This document shows positions 28,797 through 37,892 of a stretch of 64,000 nt of DNA, one piece after another. The position numbers and the translations under genes were made by a program. Origin of the DNA: an uncultured Gammaproteobacteria bacterium (GTDB lineage Bacteria; Pseudomonadota; Gammaproteobacteria; Steroidobacterales; Steroidobacteraceae); NCBI GenBank assembly GCA_963754535.1, contig CAVWGG010000021.1, forward strand, positions 19,919-83,918. Reading direction: 5' to 3'. The notes below the pieces were generated by a model, which was not told the origin of the DNA, did no database searches, and was given only the letters and a program-made list of their open reading frames with translations. Position 1 is the stretch's first letter, and each line of letters opens with the position of its first letter.

Positions 28797-30182
28797 CTAG
28801 AACTTGTGCGCGCCGTGGGCGCCGAGAGCGTAGATGTACTGCAGTAGCAGCTGCCGGTCGGTCTCGGCGTCGCGCGAGTCGTCCCATGCGTACTGCGCGC
28901 GCAGGCGCGAGAACTCGCTGGGACTGAAGTCGATCATCGTCGTGATGCGGCTCGGCGAGCCGGGCAGCAACAGCGGGAAGTCGCTCGCCAGCAGGTCGCC
29001 GTTCTGGACGAGGCCGATGTGCGTCGAGCCCGAGTCGAGTTCGTCGTAGCGCACGCCGAAGCGCCACCGTGGATTGAACTGGTACACGCCCTGGACGTAC
29101 CAGCCGTCCTGTTCGCTGCGATACGAGTCGTTGAGCCCGGCACCTGCGACGTCGTAGGTAAGCGATCCGTCCTCGGTGCGACGCATGTACTCCGCCTGCA
29201 GCTTGAAGGCCTGCCGACGGGTGCTGGACGCCGGCGTCCACTTGAACGTCGCGTCGACGATCCACGTCTCGGAGCTGCCGGTGAACGAGTTCGTGACGGC
29301 ATTGCCGGCGCTGTCGACGTCCTCATAGGTGCGGTCTTCGGCGTCCATGTCCATCCACGACAATCCCGCGCGCCACCCGATCGAGTCGCCGAGATCGCCG
29401 CCGACATGCGTGAAAAGTGTCGCGCCGTTGAGGCCGTTGCGACCGAGGCGCGTGCCTGGGAATTCACCTCCGTTGCCCGTTTCCGCGCCGAACTCGAGGA
29501 ACAGGTCCGTCGGCGCGAGCCACTTGACCTGCACGCCGTCCTGGCCGAACTGCCCGCCATAGAAGGCCTGGTACACGAGCGGCTGGTCGACGAAGTCCCA
29601 CGCGTGCGCGTGGATCTCGTTCAGGTACCCGAAACCGGAGAAGAAGCGCCCGCCCTTGACCGAGAACCCTGCCGGCAGCGACGTGGTGCGCGCGAACGCC
29701 TCTTCGACGCCGATCTCGCCTTCGGCCGACAGGGCCATGGTCAAGGCGGCCGTGAAATAGGGATCGACGCTGGCTGCAAGCGTCACTTCGGACTCGCCGA
29801 GATTGAAGCTGCGATCACCGGGCCCGACCTCGCCGCCGCTCGGCATGAAGCCGGCAAAGTGGAAGTCGCCCGGGTCTTGTGACAGGTCGGCGTAGGTGCC
29901 GGTCATGATCGCCGAAATGGCAGGATTGAATGCCGACGAATTTCGTGCAGGTGTCGGGGACGCAGGAGGCGGCGTTTCGACCGGCGCGGCGGCAACCACC
30001 GCTGCCGTCGTCTCCAGTTGATCAATGCGGGTTTCGAGCGCGGTCACGCGCTGCGCGTACTCGGCCTTCAGCGCCGCGATCTCGGCACGGAGTGCCGCGA
30101 CGTCGTCTGCCGCCTGAGCGGCGGCGGGGGCCACCATGACGGCGATGGCCACGGGCCCGATGATGCGGGACAGGTATCCCAT
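28797..30182 (-). CDS. outer-membrane beta-barrel (porin-like) protein with an N-terminal coiled coil
   Basis: 461 aa. Signal peptide, heptad-like AALRAEIAALKAEYAQRVTALETRIDQLE, a long alternating-hydrophobic region, and a C-terminal ...GAHGAHKF (aromatic terminal residue typical of OMPs). Confidence 0.75.
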   Translation of the reverse strand: MGYLSRIIGPVAIAVMVAPAAAQAADDVAALRAEIAALKAEYAQRVTALETRIDQLETTAAVVAAAPVETPPPASPTPARNSSAFNPAISAIMTGTYADLSQDPGDFHFAGFMPSGGEVGPGDRSFNLGESEVTLAASVDPYFTAALTMALSAEGEIGVEEAFARTTSLPAGFSVKGGRFFSGFGYLNEIHAHAWDFVDQPLVYQAFYGGQFGQDGVQVKWLAPTDLFLEFGAETGNGGEFPGTRLGRNGLNGATLFTHVGGDLGDSIGWRAGLSWMDMDAEDRTYEDVDSAGNAVTNSFTGSSETWIVDATFKWTPASSTRRQAFKLQAEYMRRTEDGSLTYDVAGAGLNDSYRSEQDGWYVQGVYQFNPRWRFGVRYDELDSGSTHIGLVQNGDLLASDFPLLLPGSPSRITTMIDFSPSEFSRLRAQYAWDDSRDAETDRQLLLQYIYALGAHGAHKF

Positions 30183-30251
30183 CGGATGATCCTCGTTGAA
30201 CTAAAGCGGGTCGGCCGCGAAGGGGCCGGCGTGATCGAGCGGATCGATCGT

Positions 30252-30563
30252 TCAGCGAGGAGGCGCGCGGGCGAGAAAAGCGCGGCGCGCGGCGCGCAAC
30301 ACCGGGGCTTCGAAGCGACAGGGTCGCAGCGTGCCCGAGACCTGGAGAGCCAGGAAAAAGACGACCGCGGCACCACCGGCCATGACCAGCAGCGGCGCGT
30401 GCGAGACGCATTCCTTGCAGAGGGTCGTGCGCTCGCCGGCCGGGAGCTGCTGGTCGGGCCCGCTGGCGGCATGGCCGAATTCATGCAGCAACGCCGCCGA
30501 CTGCGCGAACAGGAACGCAATCAGCGCGAAGGCGACCAGCCAATGGCGACGGGACGGACTCAG
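30252..30563 (-). CDS. small DUF2946-like membrane/periplasmic protein with a CxxC motif (start codon uncertain)
   Basis: High-GC3 frame open from the stop at 30570..30572. The track begins it at the TTG at 30491, which cuts a hydrophobic N-terminal helix (HWLVAFALIAFLFAQSAALLHEFGH). The only upstream candidate start is the CTG at 30563. CKECVSHAPLLV followed by a TM resembles the CGYCxLLxHxPxL core of DUF2946. Confidence 0.4.
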   Translation of the reverse strand: MSPSRRHWLVAFALIAFLFAQSAALLHEFGHAASGPDQQLPAGERTTLCKECVSHAPLLVMAGGAAVVFFLALQVSGTLRPCRFEAPVLRAARRAFLARAPPR

Positions 30564-30653
30564 GACGACTCACTCCGTTGCAACGCCCTGAAATACTAAC
30601 TTAAAGCCGCGGACGCTGCTCGCAGCAACCCCGTCAGGTGCTATAGCCTTGGC

Positions 30654-31628
30654 ATGGCCGTCACATTCCGCGCCTCCCGACCGTCTGCGGCGCCCACGCT
30701 GGCCGCCATGGCGTGGATCCTTGCCGTCCTCCTGCCCGGCTCTCATGCAGTGGCCCAGGTCGATCCTGCCGCGCCGCATGTCCTCGACGAAGTCGTGGTC
30801 AGCGCACCTGAACCGCGCTACGTGGCTCCGACGACGCGCGATCGCATCGGTCGCATCTGGGCTCCCGTCCTCATCAACGGCAAGGGTCCGTATCGGCTGG
30901 TGCTGGACACCGGCGCCACCCGCTCGGCGGTCATCCAGCGCGTGGTCGACGATGCCGGTCTGCCGGTGCACGCCAGGCCCGTGAGGCTGCGCGGCGTCAC
31001 GGGTTCGGCCATCGTGCCGGCCGTCCACGCCGACACCCTCGAGTTCGGCGAACTGGTGATCGAAAACGCGACGCTGCCAATCGTCGCCGACGCCTTCGGC
31101 GGCGCGGACGGAGTGCTCGGCGGCGAGGGCATGAAGGACAAGCGCATCCACATCGAGTTCCTCAAGGACCGGATCAGCATCGTTCGCTCGCACGGCGCCG
31201 CGGCTCCGGCCGGATTCTCGACGGTGCCATTCAAGTACAGCGTCAGCCGCGGGATGCGCGTCGAGGTCATGGTCGGACCGGTTCGCACCACGGCCCTGAT
31301 CGATTCGGGCGCGCAGGTGACCGTCGGCAACCTGGCACTGCGCGAGGCGCTCGCCCGCAGGCGCGGCATGCACGACCCGTACGACGATGCGATCATCGGC
31401 GTCACCGAGGACGTGCAGCAGGCGGCACGGGTGCGGATTCCGAACATCGTCGCAGGCGACCTGCTGGTGAAGAACGCCGAAATCATGTTCAGCGACCTGC
31501 ACATCTTCGAGCATTGGCAGCTGGTGTCGAAGCCGGCGCTGATCATCGGCATGGACGTTCTTGGCGCGCTCGATACACTGGTGATCGACTACCGTCGCAA
31601 CGAATTGCAGATCAAGGTTCGGCGCTGA
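30654..31628 (+). CDS. exported two-lobed retropepsin-like aspartic protease
   Basis: 324 aa with a signal peptide. Two catalytic-type motifs, LVLDTGATRSAV and ALIDSGAQVTVG, lie about 140 aa apart. Confidence 0.8.
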   Translation: MAVTFRASRPSAAPTLAAMAWILAVLLPGSHAVAQVDPAAPHVLDEVVVSAPEPRYVAPTTRDRIGRIWAPVLINGKGPYRLVLDTGATRSAVIQRVVDDAGLPVHARPVRLRGVTGSAIVPAVHADTLEFGELVIENATLPIVADAFGGADGVLGGEGMKDKRIHIEFLKDRISIVRSHGAAAPAGFSTVPFKYSVSRGMRVEVMVGPVRTTALIDSGAQVTVGNLALREALARRRGMHDPYDDAIIGVTEDVQQAARVRIPNIVAGDLLVKNAEIMFSDLHIFEHWQLVSKPALIIGMDVLGALDTLVIDYRRNELQIKVRR

Positions 31629-31642
31629 CCAGGGGAGCAGGC

Positions 31643-32515
31643 ATGACTCGAGCAACGGCGATCGCCGACGGACTCTACTTCGGCGAGGGCCCCCGCTGGC
31701 ACGACGGCCGGCTGTGGTTCAGCGACTTCTACGACCACGCGGTCAAGTCGATGGACGCGAGCGGCACCGTGCGCACCGAACTGGAAATCGACGACCAGCC
31801 CAGTGGACTGGGCTGGCTGCCGGACGGCCGCCTGCTCGTGGTATCGATGCACCGCAGACAGCTGCTGCGGGTCGATTCCGACGGCATCAAGGTCCACGCC
31901 GACCTGGCCGCTCTCGCGACGTTCCACTGCAACGACATGGTCGTCGACCGGCTGGGTCGAGCCTACGTGGGCAACTTCGGGTTCGACCTCGATCACGCGC
32001 TGCACGCGCGCGGCGTCGAGGGCGTGCTCGCCGAGCATCCGACGGCGGTGCTCGCACGAGTCGATCCGGACGGCAGCGTGCACACCGCGAGCACGGCGAT
32101 GCACTTTCCGAACGGCAGCGTGATCACGCCGGACGGCAAGACGCTGATCGTCGCCGAAACGCTTGCGCTGCGGCTGACCGCGTTCGACATCGCCACTGAC
32201 GGCACGCTGTCCAACCGTCGGGTATGGGCGCCGGTCGGCATGCGCGCACCCGACGGCATCTGCCTGGACCGGAATGGCCATGTCTGGATCGCCAACGCGA
32301 TCGGCCCCGAATGCGTGCTGTTCGCCCCGGGCGGCGAGATCGTCGCCACCGTCGAGACGGATCAACCCTGCTTCGCTTGCGCGCTCGGCGGCACCGACGG
32401 CAGTACGCTGTACATGCTCACCGCGCCGTCTTCCGTAAGCGACATCGCACGCGCGTCGCGGCAGGGCCGTGTGCTGTGCGCGCAAGTCGCAACGCCGGGC
32501 GAGGTGAGTGCATGA
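31643..32515 (+). CDS. SMP-30/gluconolactonase/LRE-like beta-propeller protein
   Basis: Track ORF 31514..32515, trimmed to the ATG at 31643 (MTRATAIADGLYFGEGPRWHDGRLWFSD...). FPNGSVITPDGKTLIVAET and PDGICLD motifs. Confidence 0.85.
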   Translation: MTRATAIADGLYFGEGPRWHDGRLWFSDFYDHAVKSMDASGTVRTELEIDDQPSGLGWLPDGRLLVVSMHRRQLLRVDSDGIKVHADLAALATFHCNDMVVDRLGRAYVGNFGFDLDHALHARGVEGVLAEHPTAVLARVDPDGSVHTASTAMHFPNGSVITPDGKTLIVAETLALRLTAFDIATDGTLSNRRVWAPVGMRAPDGICLDRNGHVWIANAIGPECVLFAPGGEIVATVETDQPCFACALGGTDGSTLYMLTAPSSVSDIARASRQGRVLCAQVATPGEVSA

Positions 32516-34962
32516 CTGAAACCGGGTTGCCGACGTACCTCACCCGTCAGTTCGCACTGACCAAGCCGCAACTCGCCAGCGAACTCGGCGCGGAACTGCT
32601 GTCTTTGTGCCAGACCGTGACGGCCGATGGTCGGCTGGCACCGGAAGAGATCGCGGGGCTGCAGCAATGGTTGCGCGATGCCGAAGCGGCCGAGCTGCAG
32701 GCTGCGCGATTCCTGCGCGGCGTGATCGAGCGGGTGCTCGCCGACGGCAGGATCACGGCCGAGGAATACCAGGAAGTCTATCGCGCCGTCGAGGCGGTGC
32801 TGCCTTTCGAAGCACGGCAGCAGGCGCACGCGGCGCGCGAACGAGCGGAATCGTCCGACCTGTCGGCACGGGCGCAAGCCGCCGCCGCGCAGACCCCTGT
32901 TGCCAGGGCGGCTCAGGCAGAGTCCGCAGCCAGCCTCGACGTCACCTTCATGGTCGCCGGCGTGCGACAGGATGGGCGACCCGCGCTGATCGAGCAGCTC
33001 GCGTCTGCGGGAATGGCGGTAACCCTTGAACTCGCAGCGGCCGGCACGCACAGGGACGAGGCGATCGCGGTGAAGCTGCCTGACGGCACGCAGATCGGGG
33101 TCGTACCCGCAGCCGAGACCCGGCAGATCGCTGCGCTGCTGCAACAAGGGGCACGGTGCAGCGCGCACATCGTCCGCATTCGCAGTTCGGGACGCAGCCC
33201 CATCCCCGTCGTGCAGGTTCGATTTTTCCCGGCCGAGGTCGCGACCATCGACCCCTTGGCCCAGGCTGCCTCGCAACCGCCGGCAGCGGCAAGCCGCTGG
33301 GGACGGAGGCTCGCGTTGCTCGTCGGCATTGCCGTGGCCGCCCTGGTCGTGCTCGTGTTGGGCACCGCACTCGCTGCGGCAAAGGCGGACATGCCACCGA
33401 ACCTGGCCGTCGCGACGGCTGAATCCGCCTTTCTCGATTATCTCGATGCCGCAGGCGCCGTGGGCTACATCGAGTCCGGTGGTGCGAAGTCCTATGGCGG
33501 CAGCGGTCTTGCGGCGTGGAAGGCCCGGCTCGACACGCAGCGCAATCACCTGGACAAGGCGTTGTCGCGTATCGAGCCCGGCAAGCTCGCTGCCGCTGAC
33601 CGGGACGCCGTCGCAGCGATGCGCAAATCGCTGGGCGACCTGGAAGCCGACGACACCACGGCCGGTGTCCAGGCCCGCACCTGCGCCGATGCCCAGAGTC
33701 GCGACCTCGATTACGCCTCGCTGCGTGCCGCGCTGGTCAGTTGCTACGTCGAGCATGGCAATCGCCTGCAGTACGACGGCGGCACGATCGACCGCGGCAC
33801 TGCGCTGCAATTGCTGCACGTCGTCGATGACCGCACGCAGCGCAAGGCGATCTTCGACGCTTTCGTGCCGCTGTGGACGGCGCTCAATGGACGTGACGAA
33901 GCCGACTCGCCTTATCGGCGCATGATCGCGATGGCCGCCGCCGACGCGCGCAAGAATGGCTCGGAAATCGACGCTGCGGCGCGCGCCATCGGCGTCACGA
34001 CGACGGATGTCGAGCATTGGCTGGTGCAGGTCCTCGCAGCCTGGCGCGACGCGAACCCTGCCGACCCGATCGAGCCGTGGGACTTCCGGTACGTCAATGG
34101 TGCGGCCAATCGCGAACTGCAGGCGCGCATTCCGGCCGCTGTGCTGCTGCCGGCGAACCAGCGTTTCTACCGCGACCTGGGGGCAGACCTGGCGCAGCTC
34201 GGCGTGGTGCTCGATCTCGAACCGCGTCCGGACAAATCGCCCCTCGCCTACAGCGATTTTCTCGTTCGCGGTCGCATGTTGAAAGGGCAATGGCATCGCC
34301 CCGTTGCGCGAGTGCTGGGAAATTACCCGGTCGGCGGGCTGTTCTCGCTCAACGAACTGGTGCACGAGAACGGTCATGCCGTGCACGTGAGCGCCATCCG
34401 CACGCGGCCGGCCTACATGGCCTGGCCCGATACGCTGTTCACGGAAGCATTCGCCGACGTCCCGTCATGGAGCGTCCACGAACCCGCCTGGCAGCGACGT
34501 TACCTGGGAGCGTCCGTTGCCGAAGCGGCGTCGATGCGGGCGCTGTTTGCGAACGTGATGCTGGACGTGGCCTGGTCGTTGTTCGAACTGCGCCTGCTGC
34601 GGGACCCGGCCCTGGACCCCAACGCGGTGTGGACCGACATCACGCACGAGTACCTGCGCGTGATTCCGCATCCGGAGGTTCCATGGTGGGCAATGCGCGT
34701 GCAACTGGCGGGCAACCCGGGCTACATGGTCAATTACGGGCTCGGTGCCCTGCTGACGGCCGAGATGCGCGCACGCACGGCGGCGGTGATCGGCCCGTTC
34801 GACACCGGCAATCCCCGCTGGTACGACTGGCTGAGCGGGCAGCTGCTGCAATACGGTTCCGAACGCGACACACGGCGACTGCTGCAGGACCTGCTCGGGC
34901 GGCCCCTGTCGCCCGCTGCGTTGCTCGAGCAGATCAAGCGCTGCGGGGCGCACAATTCATGA
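32512..34962 (+). CDS. multidomain membrane protein: TerB-like repeats + HIRAN-like domain + single TM + HExxH (M3-like gluzincin) metallopeptidase domain
   Basis: Track ORF 32224..34962, trimmed to the ATG at 32512, which overlaps the SMP-30 stop (ATGA). Motifs: ADGRLAPEEIAGLQQWL and ADGRITAEEYQEVYRAV; VAGVRQDGRPALIEQL...DEAIAVKLPDGTQIGVVPAAETRQIAALLQQG; TM LALLVGIAVAALVVLVLGTALAAA; LVHENGHAVH...FTEAFADV. Confidence 0.8.
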   Translation: MTETGLPTYLTRQFALTKPQLASELGAELLSLCQTVTADGRLAPEEIAGLQQWLRDAEAAELQAARFLRGVIERVLADGRITAEEYQEVYRAVEAVLPFEARQQAHAARERAESSDLSARAQAAAAQTPVARAAQAESAASLDVTFMVAGVRQDGRPALIEQLASAGMAVTLELAAAGTHRDEAIAVKLPDGTQIGVVPAAETRQIAALLQQGARCSAHIVRIRSSGRSPIPVVQVRFFPAEVATIDPLAQAASQPPAAASRWGRRLALLVGIAVAALVVLVLGTALAAAKADMPPNLAVATAESAFLDYLDAAGAVGYIESGGAKSYGGSGLAAWKARLDTQRNHLDKALSRIEPGKLAAADRDAVAAMRKSLGDLEADDTTAGVQARTCADAQSRDLDYASLRAALVSCYVEHGNRLQYDGGTIDRGTALQLLHVVDDRTQRKAIFDAFVPLWTALNGRDEADSPYRRMIAMAAADARKNGSEIDAAARAIGVTTTDVEHWLVQVLAAWRDANPADPIEPWDFRYVNGAANRELQARIPAAVLLPANQRFYRDLGADLAQLGVVLDLEPRPDKSPLAYSDFLVRGRMLKGQWHRPVARVLGNYPVGGLFSLNELVHENGHAVHVSAIRTRPAYMAWPDTLFTEAFADVPSWSVHEPAWQRRYLGASVAEAASMRALFANVMLDVAWSLFELRLLRDPALDPNAVWTDITHEYLRVIPHPEVPWWAMRVQLAGNPGYMVNYGLGALLTAEMRARTAAVIGPFDTGNPRWYDWLSGQLLQYGSERDTRRLLQDLLGRPLSPAALLEQIKRCGAHNS

Positions 34963-34984
34963 TCGTCCCTGCCGCTGAGGCCGC

Positions 34985-36298
34985 ATGACTGCCGAACGCG
35001 ATACCGTCCTGCACAGCTGGTGCGCGCAGTCCACCTGGAACGCGCCGACCGTCGTGGGTGGGGCCGGCGCCTGGCTGCACCTCGAGGATGGCCGTCGCGT
35101 GCTCGACATGAGCAGCCTCGCGGAGTGCAGCAATCTGGGACACCAGCACCCGCGCGTCGTCGCTGCAATCCGCGCACAGGCCGAGCAGTTGTGCTTCGTG
35201 ACGAACGCCTGGGGAGCAAAGCCGCGCGCCGACCTCGCAGCAAAACTGCTCGAGCTGAGCGGGTTCGAGGGCGGGCGGGTGTTCTTCACGCTGGGCGGCG
35301 CCGACGCCAACGAGCATGCCGTGAAGATCGTGCGACAGGCGTCCGGCAAGCTGAAAGGCGCAGTGGTGGCGCGCGATCGTTCGTACCACGGCTCGACGCA
35401 CCTGGCGATGGCGCTCTCCGGCGACTCGCGGACGCGTGCCATGGTCGACCCCGATGCGATGGGCGTCACGCACGTCGAGCCACCCTATGCCTACCGCTGT
35501 CCCTTCGGCAGCAGGGATGCGAAGGATTGCGGCGATCTGGCGGCGGCCGCCATCGGGCAACGCATCGACCTGTTTGGGGCCGATCGTGTCGCCGCCGTGG
35601 TCATGGAACCGAACGCGGGCTCCAACGGCATCGTCGCGCCGGACAGTTACTGGCCGGCCGTGCGCAGCGTGACGCGGCAACGTGGCATCGCGTTGATCGC
35701 CGACGAAGTCATGAGCGGTTTCGGCCGCTGCGGCGAATGGTTCGCGTGGCAGCGCTACGGCGACGCCGGCCGGCCGGACGCCATCACGCTCGCGAAGGGC
35801 CTCACGGGCGCGATGATGCCGCTCGGCGCCGTGGTGATATCGCAGGAGATCGCCGCACGGCTCGAGCACCAGGTGCTCGCCACGGGCCTGACGTACTGCG
35901 GGCATCCGCTGGCCTGCGCTGCGGGCGTGGCCGCCATCGACGCATACCGCGACGAGCGCCTGATCGAGCGCTCGCGTCACCTCGGCGCCGAACTGGAGCG
36001 CGGCCTACGTCGACTGGCTGAACAGCACCCGGTCATCGGTGACGTACGTGGCGGACACGGCCTGTTTGCCGTGCTCGAACTCGTCGCCGATCGCGACACG
36101 CGTGAACCGCTCGCACCCTGGCCACAGATGCCGCCCCCGCTGACCAACCTGCTGCGGGCGGCGCTTGACGACGGCGTGTCGTTCGGTGCGCGCGGCAACC
36201 TGATTTTGATCGCGCCGCCGCTGGTCATCGACGAGCACGACTTGGCCGACGCACTCGCGCTGCTGGATCGCCTGCTGGCGCGCTTCTTCCCTGCCTGA
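34985..36298 (+). CDS. class III (omega-) aminotransferase
   Basis: 437 aa. NLGHQHPRVVAAI, TLGGADANEHAVK and ADEVMSGFGRCG (the PLP-Lys region follows) match aspartate aminotransferase fold type I class III. Confidence 0.88.
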   Translation: MTAERDTVLHSWCAQSTWNAPTVVGGAGAWLHLEDGRRVLDMSSLAECSNLGHQHPRVVAAIRAQAEQLCFVTNAWGAKPRADLAAKLLELSGFEGGRVFFTLGGADANEHAVKIVRQASGKLKGAVVARDRSYHGSTHLAMALSGDSRTRAMVDPDAMGVTHVEPPYAYRCPFGSRDAKDCGDLAAAAIGQRIDLFGADRVAAVVMEPNAGSNGIVAPDSYWPAVRSVTRQRGIALIADEVMSGFGRCGEWFAWQRYGDAGRPDAITLAKGLTGAMMPLGAVVISQEIAARLEHQVLATGLTYCGHPLACAAGVAAIDAYRDERLIERSRHLGAELERGLRRLAEQHPVIGDVRGGHGLFAVLELVADRDTREPLAPWPQMPPPLTNLLRAALDDGVSFGARGNLILIAPPLVIDEHDLADALALLDRLLARFFPA

Positions 36299-36320
36299 AC
36301 CTCATCGAATCGAGCAGCCC

Positions 36321-37892
36321 ATGAGCTTCCGCCTCACCTACGCCACGATGTTCGACCCGCCACCCGAGATGCACGAGCGCTTCGATGCTGCGCTGGCCAC
36401 CGTGCGCTCCATGCTCGGCGGGCGTCACTCGCTGTTCCTGAATGGCGTGGACTTGGCCGCTGCGCACTACGTGTCCCGCAGCAGCCCGATCGACAGCGAC
36501 ATCCAGCTCGGGGAGTTTGCCGTTGCGACCGAGCAGGACGCTCGCGCCGCCATGGACGCCGCGCACAAGGCGTTTCCTGCCTGGCGCGCCACACCGGCCA
36601 GCGAGCGAGTGCGCCTGCTGCGCCGTGTCGCGGACGTCATGGAAGCGCGCGTCTATGAAATTGCCGCCGCACTCGCCCTCGAAGTCGGCAAGAACCGCAT
36701 GGAAGCGCTCGGCGAGGCGCAGGAGACTGTGGACTTCTTCCGGCATTACGCCGACGACTTCGAGCAACACGGTCACTACGAGCACGAGTTGCCGAACGAC
36801 CCGTTGCCGAACGTCGTGTCGCGCAATCGCAGCGTCATGCGTCCCCATGGCGCGTGGGTCGTGATCGCGCCCTTCAACTTTCCGCTCGCGCTTGCCGGCG
36901 GCCCGGCTGCCGCAGCGCTCGTCACCGGCAACACCGTCGTCGTCAAAGGCGCGACGGATACGCCCTGGGCGGGACGCCTGCTCGCGGACTGCATCCGCGA
37001 CGCCGGCCTGCCACCCGGCGTGTTCCAGTACCTGTCCGGCTCGGGCCGCGAGGTGGGCGAAGCACTGTCGTCGCACGCCGCCACGGCGGGCATCACCTTC
37101 ACGGGATCCGTTGCCGTCGGTACGCAGTTGCTGCAGCGCATGGCGTCGGGGCCCTGGCCACGTCCGTGCATCGCGGAGATGGGCGGCAAGAATCCCTGCA
37201 TCGTCACGGCGCGGGCCGATCTCGACGATGCCGCCGCCGGCATCGTGCGCTCGGCGTACGGCATGGGTGGCCAGAAGTGCTCCGCCCTGTCGCGCCTGTA
37301 TGTCGATCGCGCAGTGGCCGACGAACTGACGGAACGGATGCGCGCCCAGATCGACGCGATCCGCATTGGCGATCCGACGCGTCGCGAGAACTGGCTCGGC
37401 CCGGTCATCAATGCCAGCGCGGCAGCGAACCACGCGCGGTACCTGCACGAACTCGACGCGGGCGGTGCCAGGTTGATCACGGGCGCGACCGCGCTGGACT
37501 CGGCAGAGTTGGCGCGCGGTCATTACGTGCGACCCGCGCTCGCCGAGGCCCCACTCGCGCATCCGCTGTGGCGGCAAGAGATGTTCCTGCCGATCCTCAT
37601 GCTGCATCGAGTCAGCAATCGCGACGAGGCCATGCAGCTTGCGAACGACACGAGCCTCGGGCTCACGGCGGGCTTCTATGGCAACGCCGACGAAGTGCCG
37701 TGGTTTCACGAGAACATCGAGGCCGGTGTCACCTACGCGAACCGGCGCCAGGGCGCCACGACCGGCGCCTGGCCCGGTTACCAGCCGTTCGGCGGCTGGA
37801 AGGGTTCCGGCTCCACCGGCAAGGCGATCGCTTCGTTCTACTACCTCGCGCAATACCAGCGCGAACAATCGCGCACGGTGGTCGAATGTTGA
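36321..37892 (+). CDS. aldehyde dehydrogenase, RocA/1-pyrroline-5-carboxylate dehydrogenase-like
   Basis: 523 aa. FTGSVAVG, EMGGKNP and GQKCSALSR (catalytic Cys). The N-terminus MSFRLTYATMFDPPPEMHERFDAAL is typical of RocA-type enzymes. Confidence 0.85.
   Translation: MSFRLTYATMFDPPPEMHERFDAALATVRSMLGGRHSLFLNGVDLAAAHYVSRSSPIDSDIQLGEFAVATEQDARAAMDAAHKAFPAWRATPASERVRLLRRVADVMEARVYEIAAALALEVGKNRMEALGEAQETVDFFRHYADDFEQHGHYEHELPNDPLPNVVSRNRSVMRPHGAWVVIAPFNFPLALAGGPAAAALVTGNTVVVKGATDTPWAGRLLADCIRDAGLPPGVFQYLSGSGREVGEALSSHAATAGITFTGSVAVGTQLLQRMASGPWPRPCIAEMGGKNPCIVTARADLDDAAAGIVRSAYGMGGQKCSALSRLYVDRAVADELTERMRAQIDAIRIGDPTRRENWLGPVINASAAANHARYLHELDAGGARLITGATALDSAELARGHYVRPALAEAPLAHPLWRQEMFLPILMLHRVSNRDEAMQLANDTSLGLTAGFYGNADEVPWFHENIEAGVTYANRRQGATTGAWPGYQPFGGWKGSGSTGKAIASFYYLAQYQREQSRTVVEC

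Noticed and set aside
32362-34386. 674-aa minus-strand ORF antisense to the TerB/HIRAN/peptidase gene
   Set aside because: It is a shadow ORF. The sense frame has a TM helix, an HExxH motif and domain-like segments, whereas the antisense product is an R/G/A-rich repeat.
36854-37885. N-terminal 344 codons of the 628-aa track ORF 36854..38740
   Set aside because: This part lies out of frame inside the ALDH gene and is Arg-rich nonsense. The real CoA-transferase A subunit starts at the ATG at 37886, where the family-typical N-terminus begins.
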